Positions 30,604 through 40,589 of a stretch of 64,000 nt of DNA are shown piece after piece. The stretch's first letter is position 1. Every line of letters starts with the position of its first letter. Origin of the DNA: an uncultured Microbacteriaceae bacterium (lineage in GTDB: Bacteria > Actinomycetota > Actinomycetes > Actinomycetales > Microbacteriaceae). The translations under genes were made by a program, and so were the position numbers. The DNA lies in NCBI GenBank assembly GCA_964584925.1, contig CAZPBS010000003.1, positions 2,196 to 66,195 of the forward strand, read 5' to 3'. The notes below the pieces were generated by a model. That model had not been told where the DNA came from and searched no databases. It saw only the letters and a list, made by a program, of their open reading frames with translations.

Positions 30604-31656
30604 GTGAGATCGTCACTTCTCGTCGCCGGCGCAGCCGCCACCGTCCTCGTCCTCTCTTCGTGCTCTCCGAGCACTCAGGCCGAGATAGCTGATGACTCTG
30701 CAGAGACTCCTCCCACTACCGCACAAGCACAGGACGCTCCCTCAGTGGTGGTCACGACAACTGTGCTGGGCAGTGTGGTGGGAGAGATTCTTACCTGTGC
30801 TGTGGGTGATGATTCGTCAATGACGGTCCTCATGCCTCTGGGTGCCGACCCCCACGACTTCCAGGCCTCGTCAGCTCAGGTGGCGCTTATGGCGAGCGCA
30901 GACCTTGTCGTGGCTAATGGCTTGGGGTTGGAAGAGGGCGTCATGGATGCCATCGACAACATTGAAGCAGAGGGCGTCTCTGTGCTCGAAATCGCAGCCC
31001 TAGTAGACCCCCTGCCCTTCGGAGAAGAGTACGAGGAAGAGCACTCTGGGGAAGGGTCCCACGATGACCACGGGCACGAGGATAAACGGGCCGGGGAGGA
31101 AGAGTCCCACGACGATCACGGCCACGGGGAATTTGACCCCCACTTTTGGTTCGATATGGAACGTATGGCACTTGCCGCAGAGCTGATTGGTGCCGAGCTC
31201 GCAGTGAACGGTGACGAGAGCTTTGCTTCCTGTGGGGAGAGTGTCGCCGAAGGGATTCGGGCGACTGACGTCCTGGTGGCCGACGCTCTGGCGAGCGTCC
31301 AGGAAGCCGACCGAGTTCTGGTGACTGATCACGATGCACTGGGATACCTCGCGGAGCGCTATGACTTCGACGTCGTCGGCGTTGCCATCCCCGGCGGTTC
31401 AACCCTGGGTGATGCCAACTCGAGCGACCTCGCTGGTTTGGTCGCGACCATTCAGAGCGAGGGAGTGCGAGCCATTTTCGGGAATACTGCTGGCTCACCT
31501 GCCCTGCTTGAGACTCTCGCTTCTGAGGTGGGAGGCGATGTTCAGGTCGTTGAGCTCTTCGTGGGGAGCTTGGGTGGCCCGGGTTCGGGAGCGGAAAGCT
31601 ATCAGGAGATGATGACGACCAACGCAACACGCATAGCTTCAGCGCTGGCAGACTGA
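30604..31656 (+). CDS. znuA: Zn/Mn ABC transporter substrate-binding lipoprotein
   Basis: Lipobox LSSC, DPHDF, His-rich loop, DPHFW. Confidence 0.92.
   Translation: MRSSLLVAGAAATVLVLSSCSPSTQAEIADDSAETPPTTAQAQDAPSVVVTTTVLGSVVGEILTCAVGDDSSMTVLMPLGADPHDFQASSAQVALMASADLVVANGLGLEEGVMDAIDNIEAEGVSVLEIAALVDPLPFGEEYEEEHSGEGSHDDHGHEDKRAGEEESHDDHGHGEFDPHFWFDMERMALAAELIGAELAVNGDESFASCGESVAEGIRATDVLVADALASVQEADRVLVTDHDALGYLAERYDFDVVGVAIPGGSTLGDANSSDLAGLVATIQSEGVRAIFGNTAGSPALLETLASEVGGDVQVVELFVGSLGGPGSGAESYQEMMTTNATRIASALAD
31057..31128 (+). repeat. Duplicated His-rich unit in ZnuA loop
   Basis: SHDDHGHE ... SHDDHGHG. Confidence 0.6.
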
Positions 31657-31661
31657 GCACT

Positions 31662-32498
31662 GTGGAGTGGTGGTTAGCGCCTTTTGAGCTGGGATTTCAG
31701 CAGCGTGCGCTGATAGGTGGCATGCTTGCCGCCCTCATGGCCTCCACTGTGGGGACCTGGTTAGTCCTCCGAGGGATGAGTTTCTTCGGTGACGCTTTCG
31801 TCCACGGTGTCATCCCGGGAGTGGCCGCCGCGGTCGTCCTCGACATTAACCCGCTCCTGGGGGCTGCCGTGGCGGCAGCGATCATGGTGTTCGCGATTGA
31901 GTTGGTGCAACGCAAGACCGTGCTCGGCGAGGACACTTCCATTGGACTGTTGTTTGTCGGAATGCTGGCACTGGGTGTGGTCATTATTTCCCGATTGGAT
32001 TCCTACTCGGGAAGCCTCACCAGCATCCTGTTTGGGGATGCGCTCGGCGTTACCTGGAGCGACATTGCGGGTCAGTTAGTGGTCCTCGGGATTGTGGTAA
32101 TCGTGTCCACCGTCCTCTATCGCCCCCTCATCGCTCTGAGTCTCTCTAGGGACAAGGCGGAGCTACTCGGGATGCGTCCAGGGCTTGCACACGCTGCGCT
32201 GTTGGTGTTGATCGCGCTGGCGGTCATTGGTAGCTATCAATCGGTGGGAACGCTGCTGGTTTTTGGTCTTCTCGTTGGTCCGCCCGCTGCCGCAAGCCTG
32301 CTCTCACGAACTATCTCCCGCATGATGCTCATTGCTGCGGTGATTGGGATGGTCTCGGTCTGGATAGGGCTCACCATTAGTTACTACTGGGGCACGGCCG
32401 CCTCGGCAACGATGGCGCTGGTGCCGATTGTCCTGTTCTTCACTGTCTTGACAGTGAAGAACGTTGTCGAATCCGTGAGAGCGCGGGTGAGCGCATGA
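31662..32498 (+). CDS. znuB: Metal ABC transporter permease
   Basis: SFFGDAFVHG, ILFGD, ABC-3 family. Confidence 0.92.
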   Translation: MEWWLAPFELGFQQRALIGGMLAALMASTVGTWLVLRGMSFFGDAFVHGVIPGVAAAVVLDINPLLGAAVAAAIMVFAIELVQRKTVLGEDTSIGLLFVGMLALGVVIISRLDSYSGSLTSILFGDALGVTWSDIAGQLVVLGIVVIVSTVLYRPLIALSLSRDKAELLGMRPGLAHAALLVLIALAVIGSYQSVGTLLVFGLLVGPPAAASLLSRTISRMMLIAAVIGMVSVWIGLTISYYWGTAASATMALVPIVLFFTVLTVKNVVESVRARVSA

Positions 32499-33286
32499 GC
32501 GATGTAATCAGAGGTCAGGACGTGGTCATCGTCCGTGATGGGCATGTTGCTCTTGCCTCCTCCACTTTCAGAGTTCCTGAAGCAGCAATCACTGCCGTGA
32601 TTGGACCCAACGGAAGCGGGAAGTCCACACTGCTGCACGCGGCGACCGGTCTGTTGCCCGTGGAATCCGGGAGTATCGAGGTTCTGGGAAAACGCCCCGT
32701 GGAGGCTCGAGGGGAGGTCGCCTACGTGGTTCAGCACATGAACGTCAATCCGGGAATTCCGATGACCGTCCGGGAGGTAGTGTCCATGGGTCGCTATCCC
32801 TCCACAGGGCTCCTCAAGCGTTTGAGCGCATCAGACAAAGCCCAGGTCAATGACTCGATGGCGTTACTGCGTATTGACGATCTCGCTGATCGTCAGGTGG
32901 CCAGGCTGTCGGGGGGTCAGCGGCAAAGGGTTTTTGTGGCTCAAGCTCTCGCCCAAGACCACAGAGTCTTGTTTATGGATGAACCACTGACGGGTCTGGA
33001 CATTCAGTCTGCACAGACAATTGACGACATCATGCACGAAGAACCCGCGCGCGGATGTTCGGTCGTGTTCACCACGCATGATCTCGAAGAAGCTCGCGCT
33101 GCTGATCACGTGATCCTCGTGAGCGGCTACGTTGTCGCCGATGGTGCACCGGAGGACGTGCTGACACCCGAGAACCTGGCCACGGCGTATGGCCTGGGAT
33201 TGCTCCACCCCGAGAACACGGCAGGACTGGGGATAATTGATGACGCCCACGATCCGCACCACAGCCATGATCAGGACAATGTGTGA
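32495..33286 (+). CDS. znuC: Metal ABC transporter ATPase
   Basis: GPNGSGKS, LSGGQRQR, His-rich tail. Confidence 0.92.
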   Translation: MSDVIRGQDVVIVRDGHVALASSTFRVPEAAITAVIGPNGSGKSTLLHAATGLLPVESGSIEVLGKRPVEARGEVAYVVQHMNVNPGIPMTVREVVSMGRYPSTGLLKRLSASDKAQVNDSMALLRIDDLADRQVARLSGGQRQRVFVAQALAQDHRVLFMDEPLTGLDIQSAQTIDDIMHEEPARGCSVVFTTHDLEEARAADHVILVSGYVVADGAPEDVLTPENLATAYGLGLLHPENTAGLGIIDDAHDPHHSHDQDNV

Positions 33287-33681
33287 TGAAACGCAACACG
33301 AAGCAGCGCGAGGAAGTCTGGCAAGCGCTGGAGGCGACACCAGAGTTCGTGAGCGCCCAGGAGTTGCACCAGAAGTTGCGCAGTACCGGCTCCACGATTG
33401 GCTTGGCGACTGTCTATCGGACTCTGAATGCGCTTGCCGAAGAAGGAAGCGCTGACGCGCTCAGTATCGAAGGGGAAAACCTTTACCGCGCATGTTCTCC
33501 CGGCCACCATCACCACCTGATTTGCCGGGAATGTGGGACGACAACAGAGATAGAAGCGGGTGAAGTGGAAGCTTGGGCAAAGTCCATTGCCCAGAAGCAC
33601 GGGTACGCAGATCCCCAGCACATTGTCGACATCTTTGGGACCTGCCCCAGCTGCCACTCAGGGGTTGCTCCCAGCCCGTAG
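33286..33681 (+). CDS. zur: Fur family regulator Zur/FurB
   Basis: LATVYRTL, HHHHLICRECG, CPSC; in the znu operon. Confidence 0.88.
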   Translation: MKRNTKQREEVWQALEATPEFVSAQELHQKLRSTGSTIGLATVYRTLNALAEEGSADALSIEGENLYRACSPGHHHHLICRECGTTTEIEAGEVEAWAKSIAQKHGYADPQHIVDIFGTCPSCHSGVAPSP

Positions 33682-33831
33682 AGCGCGTACAGTAGGGGTT
33701 TGGTTCAGCCACCTAGCGCTGTATCTTGTGCGCACAGAGGCCTCTCTCTTCGGAAAAAAGTCTCTGATTGCGTGCCGACAAGTGACCTTGGGTAGGGCAT
33801 TAGCCCTACGGTAGCGATAACAGGAGGAAAC

Positions 33832-34068
33832 ATGGCAGCAGTCTGCCAAGTGACCGGAGCCACCCCTGGTTTTGGACACAACATCTCACACTCGCACCGC
33901 CGCACGAAGCGTCGGTTCGATCCGAACATCCAGAAGAAGACGTACTTTGTGCCGTCTCTGAAGCGCAATGTGACGTTGACGCTCTCAGTGAAGGGGATCA
34001 AGACCATTGATGCCCGCGGTATTGAGTCCGTCGTTGCCGAGCTACTCGCTCGTGGGGAGAAGATCTAA
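33832..34068 (+). CDS. rpmB: 50S ribosomal protein L28 (78-aa, zinc-ribbon-less form)
   Basis: [20 protein letters not shown]; single Cys. Confidence 0.97.
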   Translation: MAAVCQVTGATPGFGHNISHSHRRTKRRFDPNIQKKTYFVPSLKRNVTLTLSVKGIKTIDARGIESVVAELLARGEKI

Positions 34069-34235
34069 TGGCTAAAGCACAAGACGTTCGCCCCATCATC
34101 AAGCTTCGTTCCACCGCTGGTACGGGCTACACCTATGTCACCCGTAAAAACCGTCGTAACGATCCCGACCGTCTGGTCTTGAAGAAGTACGACCCCGTAG
34201 TGCGTCAGCACGTCGAATTCCGCGAGGAGCGTTAA
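34068..34235 (+). CDS. rpmG: 50S ribosomal protein L33 (Cys-free)
   Basis: Manual translation [55 protein letters not shown]. Confidence 0.97.
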   Translation: MAKAQDVRPIIKLRSTAGTGYTYVTRKNRRNDPDRLVLKKYDPVVRQHVEFREER

Positions 34236-34237
34236 GC

Positions 34238-34543
34238 ATGGCTAAGAAAAGCAAGATTGCGCGCAACGAACAGCGCAAGGTAATCGTTGAGCGTTACGCC
34301 GAGAAGCGTCTCGAGCTCAAGAAGGCACTCGTCGACCCGAATGGAACCGACGAGTCGCGTGAAGCAGCTCGTCTCGGTTTGCAGAAGCTTCCTCGCAACG
34401 CGTCTCCCGTTCGCGTCCGTGGACGTGACGCCATTGATGGTCGCCCCCGTGGCTTCCTGAGCAAATATGGCGTTTCCCGTGTCAGATTCCGTGAAATGGC
34501 ACACCGGGGCGAATTGCCGGGCATTACGAAGTCCAGCTGGTAA
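34238..34543 (+). CDS. rpsN: 30S ribosomal protein S14 (101-aa Cys-free form)
   Basis: [24 protein letters not shown]. Confidence 0.97.
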   Translation: MAKKSKIARNEQRKVIVERYAEKRLELKKALVDPNGTDESREAARLGLQKLPRNASPVRVRGRDAIDGRPRGFLSKYGVSRVRFREMAHRGELPGITKSSW

Positions 34544-34613
34544 CTTTTTTGGTGGCTCGGGAGTGATTCTGGGCCGAGCCGAAATACCTACCAAGTCCGA
34601 GGAGGACAACGTT

Positions 34614-34886
34614 ATGAATCGCTCAGAACTTGTTGCAGCAGTTGCTGCGCACACTGGCCACAGCCAGGCAGCAGTGAACGGCGTCGTTGACGCTATCTTC
34701 GCCGTGGTGTCCAAGGAAGTTGCCCAGGGCAACAAGGTCACCATCCCCGGTTGGGTTTCCTTCGACCGCACTCACCGTGCAGCTCGTCAGGGACGCAACC
34801 CCCAGACCGGTGCGACAATTCAGATCGCCGCATCCAAGAGCGTCAAGGTTTCTGCTGGTAGCAAGCTGAAGGCTGCTGTCAAGTAG
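34614..34886 (+). CDS. hup: HU family DNA-binding protein
   Basis: MNRSELV, RAARQGRNPQTG; RBS GGAGG. Confidence 0.95.
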   Translation: MNRSELVAAVAAHTGHSQAAVNGVVDAIFAVVSKEVAQGNKVTIPGWVSFDRTHRAARQGRNPQTGATIQIAASKSVKVSAGSKLKAAVK

Positions 34887-34902
34887 TTTCTGACCCACTC
34901 AC

Positions 34903-34938
34903 ACATCAGGGACGACCACTGTTGGTCGTCCCTGATGT
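34903..34938. terminator. Strong hairpin after HU
   Basis: 16-bp perfect stem ACATCAGGGACGACCA/TGGTCGTCCCTGATGT, 4-nt loop. Confidence 0.75.
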
Positions 34939-34987
34939 CGTTAACAGCTGAGTCATCGCCCTCAGGCCCCTCGCCTACACTTTTGAT

Positions 34988-36994
34988 GTGACGACACGGT
35001 GGCCCCTTTCCTTTGTGGCCGTGCTCTCTCTCCTCGTCGGAGGGATGCTGGCAGCCCTCCTCGTGGGTTTGGCCGTTGGGGGTGGCGCTGAGCCTTTGCT
35101 CCTGGTCGACCCTGGTGACGTTGTCCGTTACGGAATTCCCAGCGCCAAAGCTCTCGTCCACCTCGGAGCAGCTCTGGCCATTGGTTCCCTGATGTTGGCG
35201 GCTTTCGCCCTTGCCCCGAAGGATCCAGGCTTTGACGCGTCGTTGGTGGTGGCTGCCCTTGGCGCAGCGTTGATGACGCTGGCCTCGGCCATCAGCGCCT
35301 TTTTGACGTTCTTGGCGATCTATCTGGAGCCAGTGACCCTGACCCAGCAGTTTGGTGATGTGTTGTGGCTATTCGTGGTGGAAACCGAGATTGGTCGGGC
35401 GTGGTTGATCTCTACGATGCTTTCGGCAATCGTGACGGTCCTCGCGCTCCTTGTCCGGTCACATACCGGTGTTTTCTTCACCGGGGTTGTGGCAGTGGCG
35501 TCGCTGTGGCCGCTAGCGGAGCTCGGCCATGCGGCTGGCACAGCGAACCACGAGGCAGCGGTCAGTGCTTCTTTCACTCACAGCGTCTTTGCGGCGATGT
35601 GGGTGGGCGGTCTTGCGATGGTGGCAATCCTTGGCTGGAGGGCTCATCGCACAGCGATGCACTTCACGAACGTCTTTCGCCGGTTCTCGACCATTGCCTT
35701 AGTGAGTTTTACGGTGGTCGCGATGTCGGGCGCGACCAACGCGTGGCTACGGATCGGTGAATTTCAGGGCTTGTTTACTCCGTATGGGGCTTTGGTGGTG
35801 GCGAAGATGGTGGCGCTGGTGGTCTTGGGCTCAATGGGGGCGCTCTATCGTCTGCGTCTCATCCGTCGCATGGAGGGCGCAGTTGCTGGGCCCAGGTCCC
35901 TCACGATGCGCCTTGTTGCCGCTGAGCTTGCCCTGATGGGGATTGCTACCGGACTGGCGAGTGCCCTCGCGCGAACTCAAACTCCTGTCCCCCAGGTTCC
36001 CGCCACGGAGATTGCTCAGGCCACTCCTGCGGAGATACTCACAGGGGAGCCACTGCCACCCGAGTTCACCTGGGGTCGCGTCTTCACCGAGTGGCAGTTC
36101 GATGTGGTGTGGGCGCTGGTGGTCGTCTTTGGTTCGCTGTTTTACGTCTGGGGTCACCGTCGCTTGGCTGAGCGCGGCGATAGCTGGCCTCTCTCCAGGA
36201 CCATCATGTGGGTCTCGGGAATGGTGATTCTGGGTCTCTCCACCAACTCCGGTCTTGCGGTGTACGGCACGTATTTGTTCAGTGTTCACATGGTCGCCCA
36301 CATGCTCCTGTCCATGGCGGTGCCGCTGTTGTTGGTGTTGAGCGCTCCCGTCACTCTCGCCTCCAGGGCCATTGCCGCTCGCAAAGACGGGTCTAGGGGG
36401 GCACGGGAGTGGATTTTGCTCGCTGTGCACTCGAAGTATTTGGCGGTTCTGGGCCACCCCTTGGTAGCGGCGGTAATCTTCGCGATATCTCTGATTGTGT
36501 TCTACTACTCACCCCTGTTCGAATGGGCACTGAGGGAGCACCTTGGGCACCAGTGGATGATCCTGCACTTCCTCTTCACGGGCTATCTTTTCGCCCAGTC
36601 GCTGGTGGGGGTTGACCCCTCCCCGCATAACCCTCCGTATCCGCTGCGCCTCATCATCGTCCTCGCCACGATGGCGTTTCACGCGTTCTTTGGTGTCGGG
36701 CTTATCTACGGCACGGCTCTCCTGGTCCCCGAGTGGTACGGAGCGATGGGTCGTGAGTGGGGCTTAGACCCGTTGGCTGACCAACAGCAAGGTGGTGAGC
36801 TCGCGTGGGGTCTTGGTGAGATACCCACACTGCTCCTCGCGATTGTCGTGACCTGGTCGTGGAGCAAGAGCGATGACCGGAAGAATAAGCGGCGCGACCG
36901 CGCCGCGGATCGCGATGGGGACCGAGAATTGAACGCCTATAACGAGATGCTCGGGAATTTGGCGAAACGGGACGAAAAGCTCAGTAGAGGTTGA
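34988..36994 (+). CDS. CopD + Caa3_CtaG fusion (cytochrome c oxidase assembly)
   Basis: GH motif and HxxxxxxWVGGL CopD region; SVHMVAHMLL, FHAFFG, DQQQGG. Confidence 0.85.
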   Translation: MTTRWPLSFVAVLSLLVGGMLAALLVGLAVGGGAEPLLLVDPGDVVRYGIPSAKALVHLGAALAIGSLMLAAFALAPKDPGFDASLVVAALGAALMTLASAISAFLTFLAIYLEPVTLTQQFGDVLWLFVVETEIGRAWLISTMLSAIVTVLALLVRSHTGVFFTGVVAVASLWPLAELGHAAGTANHEAAVSASFTHSVFAAMWVGGLAMVAILGWRAHRTAMHFTNVFRRFSTIALVSFTVVAMSGATNAWLRIGEFQGLFTPYGALVVAKMVALVVLGSMGALYRLRLIRRMEGAVAGPRSLTMRLVAAELALMGIATGLASALARTQTPVPQVPATEIAQATPAEILTGEPLPPEFTWGRVFTEWQFDVVWALVVVFGSLFYVWGHRRLAERGDSWPLSRTIMWVSGMVILGLSTNSGLAVYGTYLFSVHMVAHMLLSMAVPLLLVLSAPVTLASRAIAARKDGSRGAREWILLAVHSKYLAVLGHPLVAAVIFAISLIVFYYSPLFEWALREHLGHQWMILHFLFTGYLFAQSLVGVDPSPHNPPYPLRLIIVLATMAFHAFFGVGLIYGTALLVPEWYGAMGREWGLDPLADQQQGGELAWGLGEIPTLLLAIVVTWSWSKSDDRKNKRRDRAADRDGDRELNAYNEMLGNLAKRDEKLSRG

Positions 36995-37928
36995 GTACCG
37001 GCTGATCGCTGGAGGTGCCGCGCACAACACCGACGACATCGAAGGGCTCTGTGTCACGAAACTCGGTGATGGTTCCATCGAAAAGCGACTGAACTTGCAC
37101 GGTCACTTCTGCAAGCCCCTCGCTCGCCACCATCGTCCAGCTCGCCCGATCAGCCGAGAGCCTCAGTTCGACCTGCGGGTAATCCAGGATGGTCCACTGC
37201 GGCACCCCCATCACCCGGTCGGCAATGGACACCCCAAACGGGCACTCTGCTGGTTGTAGAACGCCTTGGGCAACACAGCCATCGAGGTAAGCCTCTAGAG
37301 CTTCTGTGGTGGTCTCCATCAATTGACTGGTGGGGGACACCTCGAGGCGAACACTGGAAGGCGTCCCCACCTCGGTCACTGTTGACACCACAGGTTCTGC
37401 CTGAACCCATTCGGTCTCCAGCGTGGAGGTGTATCGACCAGGGACGAACACCGTGGTGCGAGGAGGAACCCCCAGGTTTCCCACCTCGAGAAGAGTGCCA
37501 TTGACGGTGACCCGTTGGTCCCCGACCACCGCGAACTGCAGAGATGCCACCGGCTGACGAGTGAACCGCCAGGTGTCAAAAAACCACAACACCGGTTCAC
37601 CCTGAGTGACGACGAAGACCGTGGACTCAGTGTCATCGCCAATCTCATACTCCGCCTGGATAACCAACTCTCCGGTGGGCAGCGACGATGTTCCGACGAT
37701 TCGAGGGTTTGTGAGTGACTCAGAGGCGACCGGCAGAATCTGAGGCGCACGGGTGAGCCCGGCGTGGTTCGCAGCAAGACCGTAATCGCTGGTCTCGAGA
37801 GCCCTGAGATACGAGGTCACGAAGCTGGTGGCTGAATACACCGTGACATTGAGCGCTAGGACGGTGAGGAGCCAGAGTGCGACAACTCCGAGCGCCAGAA
37901 GCCCGAACCTCCGCACGATTGCCCACAT
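36981..37928 (-). CDS. Membrane-anchored hypothetical protein
   Basis: N-terminal TM, extracellular C..CPF motif; start from TAGGAT-7 nt-ATG. Confidence 0.7.
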   Translation of the reverse strand: MWAIVRRFGLLALGVVALWLLTVLALNVTVYSATSFVTSYLRALETSDYGLAANHAGLTRAPQILPVASESLTNPRIVGTSSLPTGELVIQAEYEIGDDTESTVFVVTQGEPVLWFFDTWRFTRQPVASLQFAVVGDQRVTVNGTLLEVGNLGVPPRTTVFVPGRYTSTLETEWVQAEPVVSTVTEVGTPSSVRLEVSPTSQLMETTTEALEAYLDGCVAQGVLQPAECPFGVSIADRVMGVPQWTILDYPQVELRLSADRASWTMVASEGLAEVTVQVQSLFDGTITEFRDTEPFDVVGVVRGTSSDQPVLNLY

Positions 37929-37985
37929 AGATGCCATCCTAGGTTGGTTGACCTAGCGCGTTTTCGGTCACGTGATGAGGAGCCT

Positions 37986-39290
37986 GTGGTGAGTGACGTT
38001 GTCCTGAGTGACGAACAACGCGGGGTTCTCGACCAGATGGAGAACACCCTGGACCACGTGTTCATCACCGGTCGCGCAGGAACAGGCAAGTCCACCCTGC
38101 TGCAAGCTTTTGTGGCGAGCACGGCAAAAGTCGTTGCGGTGTGTGCACCCACCGGGGTAGCCGCTCTCGCTGTGGGAGGCCAGACGATTCACTCCCTGTT
38201 GCGCTTGCCGATTGGGATTATTGGAGCCAGAGAGCTCGGGTTCATCCCGAAAGAATCTCTCGCTGTCCTCGCAAACCTCGACGCCTTGGTCATCGATGAG
38301 GTGTCCATGGTTTCTGCCGATGTTCTCGACGCCATGGATCGACGCCTCCGCCAAGCGAAACGTCGGAAAAATACGCCCTTTGGTGGAACTCAACTCATCA
38401 TGTTCGGCGATCCGTTCCAGCTAGCACCGGTGGTGTCGGGGCAAGCCGAGAAGGCGTACTACCAGGACCACTACCGATCCCCCTGGTTCTTCGACGCCGC
38501 CGTGTGGCGGGAGACCGAGATGGACACCTACGAGCTGGATACCATCCACCGTCAAGCCGACTCCGAGTTTCGAGCCGTCCTCAATGCGTTGCGGGAAGGG
38601 CGCATGGATCCTGACATGGGGCGGATGCTCAACGAGCAGGGAATGCGTGAGCCAGAGGATCCCGAACTGATTACCTTGGCCACCACCAATCAGGCGGTCA
38701 CCAGAATCAATTCTTTGGCACTGGAGAGACTTCCCGGCAAGGGCAAAATAGCTCAGGCCGCAATCGAGGGCGACTTTGGCTCAACCAGTGCTTATCCTGC
38801 TGACGAAGAACTCGTGCTGAAGCCCGGTGCGAGGGTGATGTTCCTGCGCAATGACACTCAAGGAACCGATGGCCCACGGTTTGTCAATGGAACGCTCGGC
38901 ACCGTAGTGAAAATCACGGACACAGTTACCGTCGATGTCGACGGGGAGAGTGTGCTGGTCGAGCCGGTGACGTGGGAAAAGGTCAAGTACGAGTACCAGA
39001 GCTCTACCAAGACGTTAACTCAGGACGTCGTCGCCGAATTTACTCAATTCCCCCTGCGATTAGCGTGGGCAGTCACGATTCACAAAGCTCAGGGAAAGAC
39101 CTTGGATGCTGCCGTCATCGACTTGGGTCCGAGAGCTTTTGCCCCGGGCCAGACCTATGTGGCGTTTAGTCGACTGACCAGCCTGGACGGTCTCTACCTG
39201 AAAAGACCACTGACGCCATCGGACATCATCGTGGATGAGAATGTGGTGCGGTTCCTCGCTGAGGACCGCGGCACAAACCGCTTAATCTGA
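37986..39290 (+). CDS. Pif1/RecD-like SF1B DNA helicase
   Basis: GRAGTGKS, APTGVAA, IDEVSM, GDPFQL, QFPLRLAWAVTIHKAQG, YVAFSR; ORF open from 37944. Confidence 0.9.
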   Translation: MVSDVVLSDEQRGVLDQMENTLDHVFITGRAGTGKSTLLQAFVASTAKVVAVCAPTGVAALAVGGQTIHSLLRLPIGIIGARELGFIPKESLAVLANLDALVIDEVSMVSADVLDAMDRRLRQAKRRKNTPFGGTQLIMFGDPFQLAPVVSGQAEKAYYQDHYRSPWFFDAAVWRETEMDTYELDTIHRQADSEFRAVLNALREGRMDPDMGRMLNEQGMREPEDPELITLATTNQAVTRINSLALERLPGKGKIAQAAIEGDFGSTSAYPADEELVLKPGARVMFLRNDTQGTDGPRFVNGTLGTVVKITDTVTVDVDGESVLVEPVTWEKVKYEYQSSTKTLTQDVVAEFTQFPLRLAWAVTIHKAQGKTLDAAVIDLGPRAFAPGQTYVAFSRLTSLDGLYLKRPLTPSDIIVDENVVRFLAEDRGTNRLI

Positions 39291-39291
39291 G

Positions 39292-39362
39292 AGCGAGTGA
39301 CGGGAATCGAACCCGCGCCATCAGCTTGGGAAGCTGAAGTTCTACCATTGAACTACACTCGC
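39292..39362 (-). tRNA. tRNA-Gly(CCC), CCA not encoded
   Basis: GCGAGTGTAGTTCAATGGTAGAACTTCAGCTTCCCAAGCTGATGGCGCGGGTTCGATTCCCGTCACTCGCT cloverleaf. Confidence 0.97.
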
Positions 39363-39407
39363 AACGCCGACTCTGAGGCTGATTGATGAGTCTACTAGTC
39401 TGGTCTC

Positions 39408-39992
39408 GTGCTTCTCTCAGACCGCGATATTCGTAGCGAACTTGACTCCGGCCGAATTGGCTTAGACCCCTTGGACCTCGATATGGTCCAACCCTCGAGC
39501 GTTGATGTTCGCTTGGACCGTTTTTTCCGCCTGTTTGATAACCACAAGTATCAACACATTGATCCCGCGATGGACCAGCCCGATTTGACGAGGCTTGTCG
39601 AGGTGGATTCCACAGAGGCATTTGTTCTTCACCCCGGAGAGTTTGTCCTGGGTGCAACGTTTGAAGTAGTGAGCTTGCCGGACGACGTGGCGGCTCGCCT
39701 TGAGGGGAAGAGCTCTCTGGGGCGCCTAGGTCTGCTCACCCACTCCACCGCAGGCTTCATTGACCCAGGTTTCTCTGGTCACGTCACTCTTGAGCTCTCG
39801 AATGTGGCAACGCTCCCCATTACGTTGTGGCCGGGGATGAAGATCGGGCAGCTGTGTTTCTTCCGCCTCACTTCCCCGGCTGAGCACCCCTACGGTTCAG
39901 AGAAGTACGGCAGTCGCTACCAGGGCCAGCGAGGCCCCACCGCGTCACGCTCGTCTAAGAACTTTCACCGCACGGACGTCTCTAAGCCATAA
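39408..39992 (+). CDS. dcd: dCTP deaminase
   Basis: [24 protein letters not shown]. Confidence 0.97.
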   Translation: MLLSDRDIRSELDSGRIGLDPLDLDMVQPSSVDVRLDRFFRLFDNHKYQHIDPAMDQPDLTRLVEVDSTEAFVLHPGEFVLGATFEVVSLPDDVAARLEGKSSLGRLGLLTHSTAGFIDPGFSGHVTLELSNVATLPITLWPGMKIGQLCFFRLTSPAEHPYGSEKYGSRYQGQRGPTASRSSKNFHRTDVSKP

Positions 39993-40510
39993 GGCTCACC
40001 CCACTGCTCCATCTGGTCCACCAGCCAGGGGCTAAAGGCAAACGGGGTGTTATGGACGGAGCTGTGGAGAGCGCCGGGGTCGACCCATTGCCACTCGCAC
40101 ACTTCCTCCCCCAGGGGCGAAGGATCTGCCGTCGCGCGAGCCACAAAGACGGGACAGATTTCGTTCTCAACGATTCCTGAGGCGTCCACAGCCCGGTACC
40201 GAAAGTCTGGGAGCGCTTCAGCGATGTCATGGAGTTCCAGACCCAACTCGTGCTGGGCTCTGCGTCGAATGGCATCTTCCATGGATTCGCCAGGACCAGG
40301 GTGACCGCAGGCCGAATTGGTCCACACCCCCGGCCACGTTTTCTTGGAGAGGGCTCTCCGGGTGATGAGTACGTGCCCTGCTTCGTTGAAGATGTGACAC
40401 GAGAAGGCCAGATGAAGAGGTGTCTCCGTGGTGTGGACGGTGGCTTTGTCGGCTGTGCCGATCTCAGCACCGTCCTCGTCCAGGAGGATGACCAGCTCAG
40501 AGGTTTTCAT
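39965..40510 (-). CDS. idi: Isopentenyl-diphosphate isomerase type 1
   Basis: [22 protein letters not shown]. Confidence 0.96.
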   Translation of the reverse strand: MKTSELVILLDEDGAEIGTADKATVHTTETPLHLAFSCHIFNEAGHVLITRRALSKKTWPGVWTNSACGHPGPGESMEDAIRRRAQHELGLELHDIAEALPDFRYRAVDASGIVENEICPVFVARATADPSPLGEEVCEWQWVDPGALHSSVHNTPFAFSPWLVDQMEQWGEPYGLETSVR

Positions 40511-40589
40511 CGTCTACTCGCGCTACTGTGCAAGGGTAATAACTTGTGGTTGTCGCCTTAGTGCGACCAGCACAGCCTAGCCAAAAGGC

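Noticed and set aside
34068-34235. Possible frameshift in rpmG (missing from ORF track)
   Set aside because: Re-reading gives ATG GCT AAA GCA CAA GAC..., an intact 55-aa frame below the track's length cutoff
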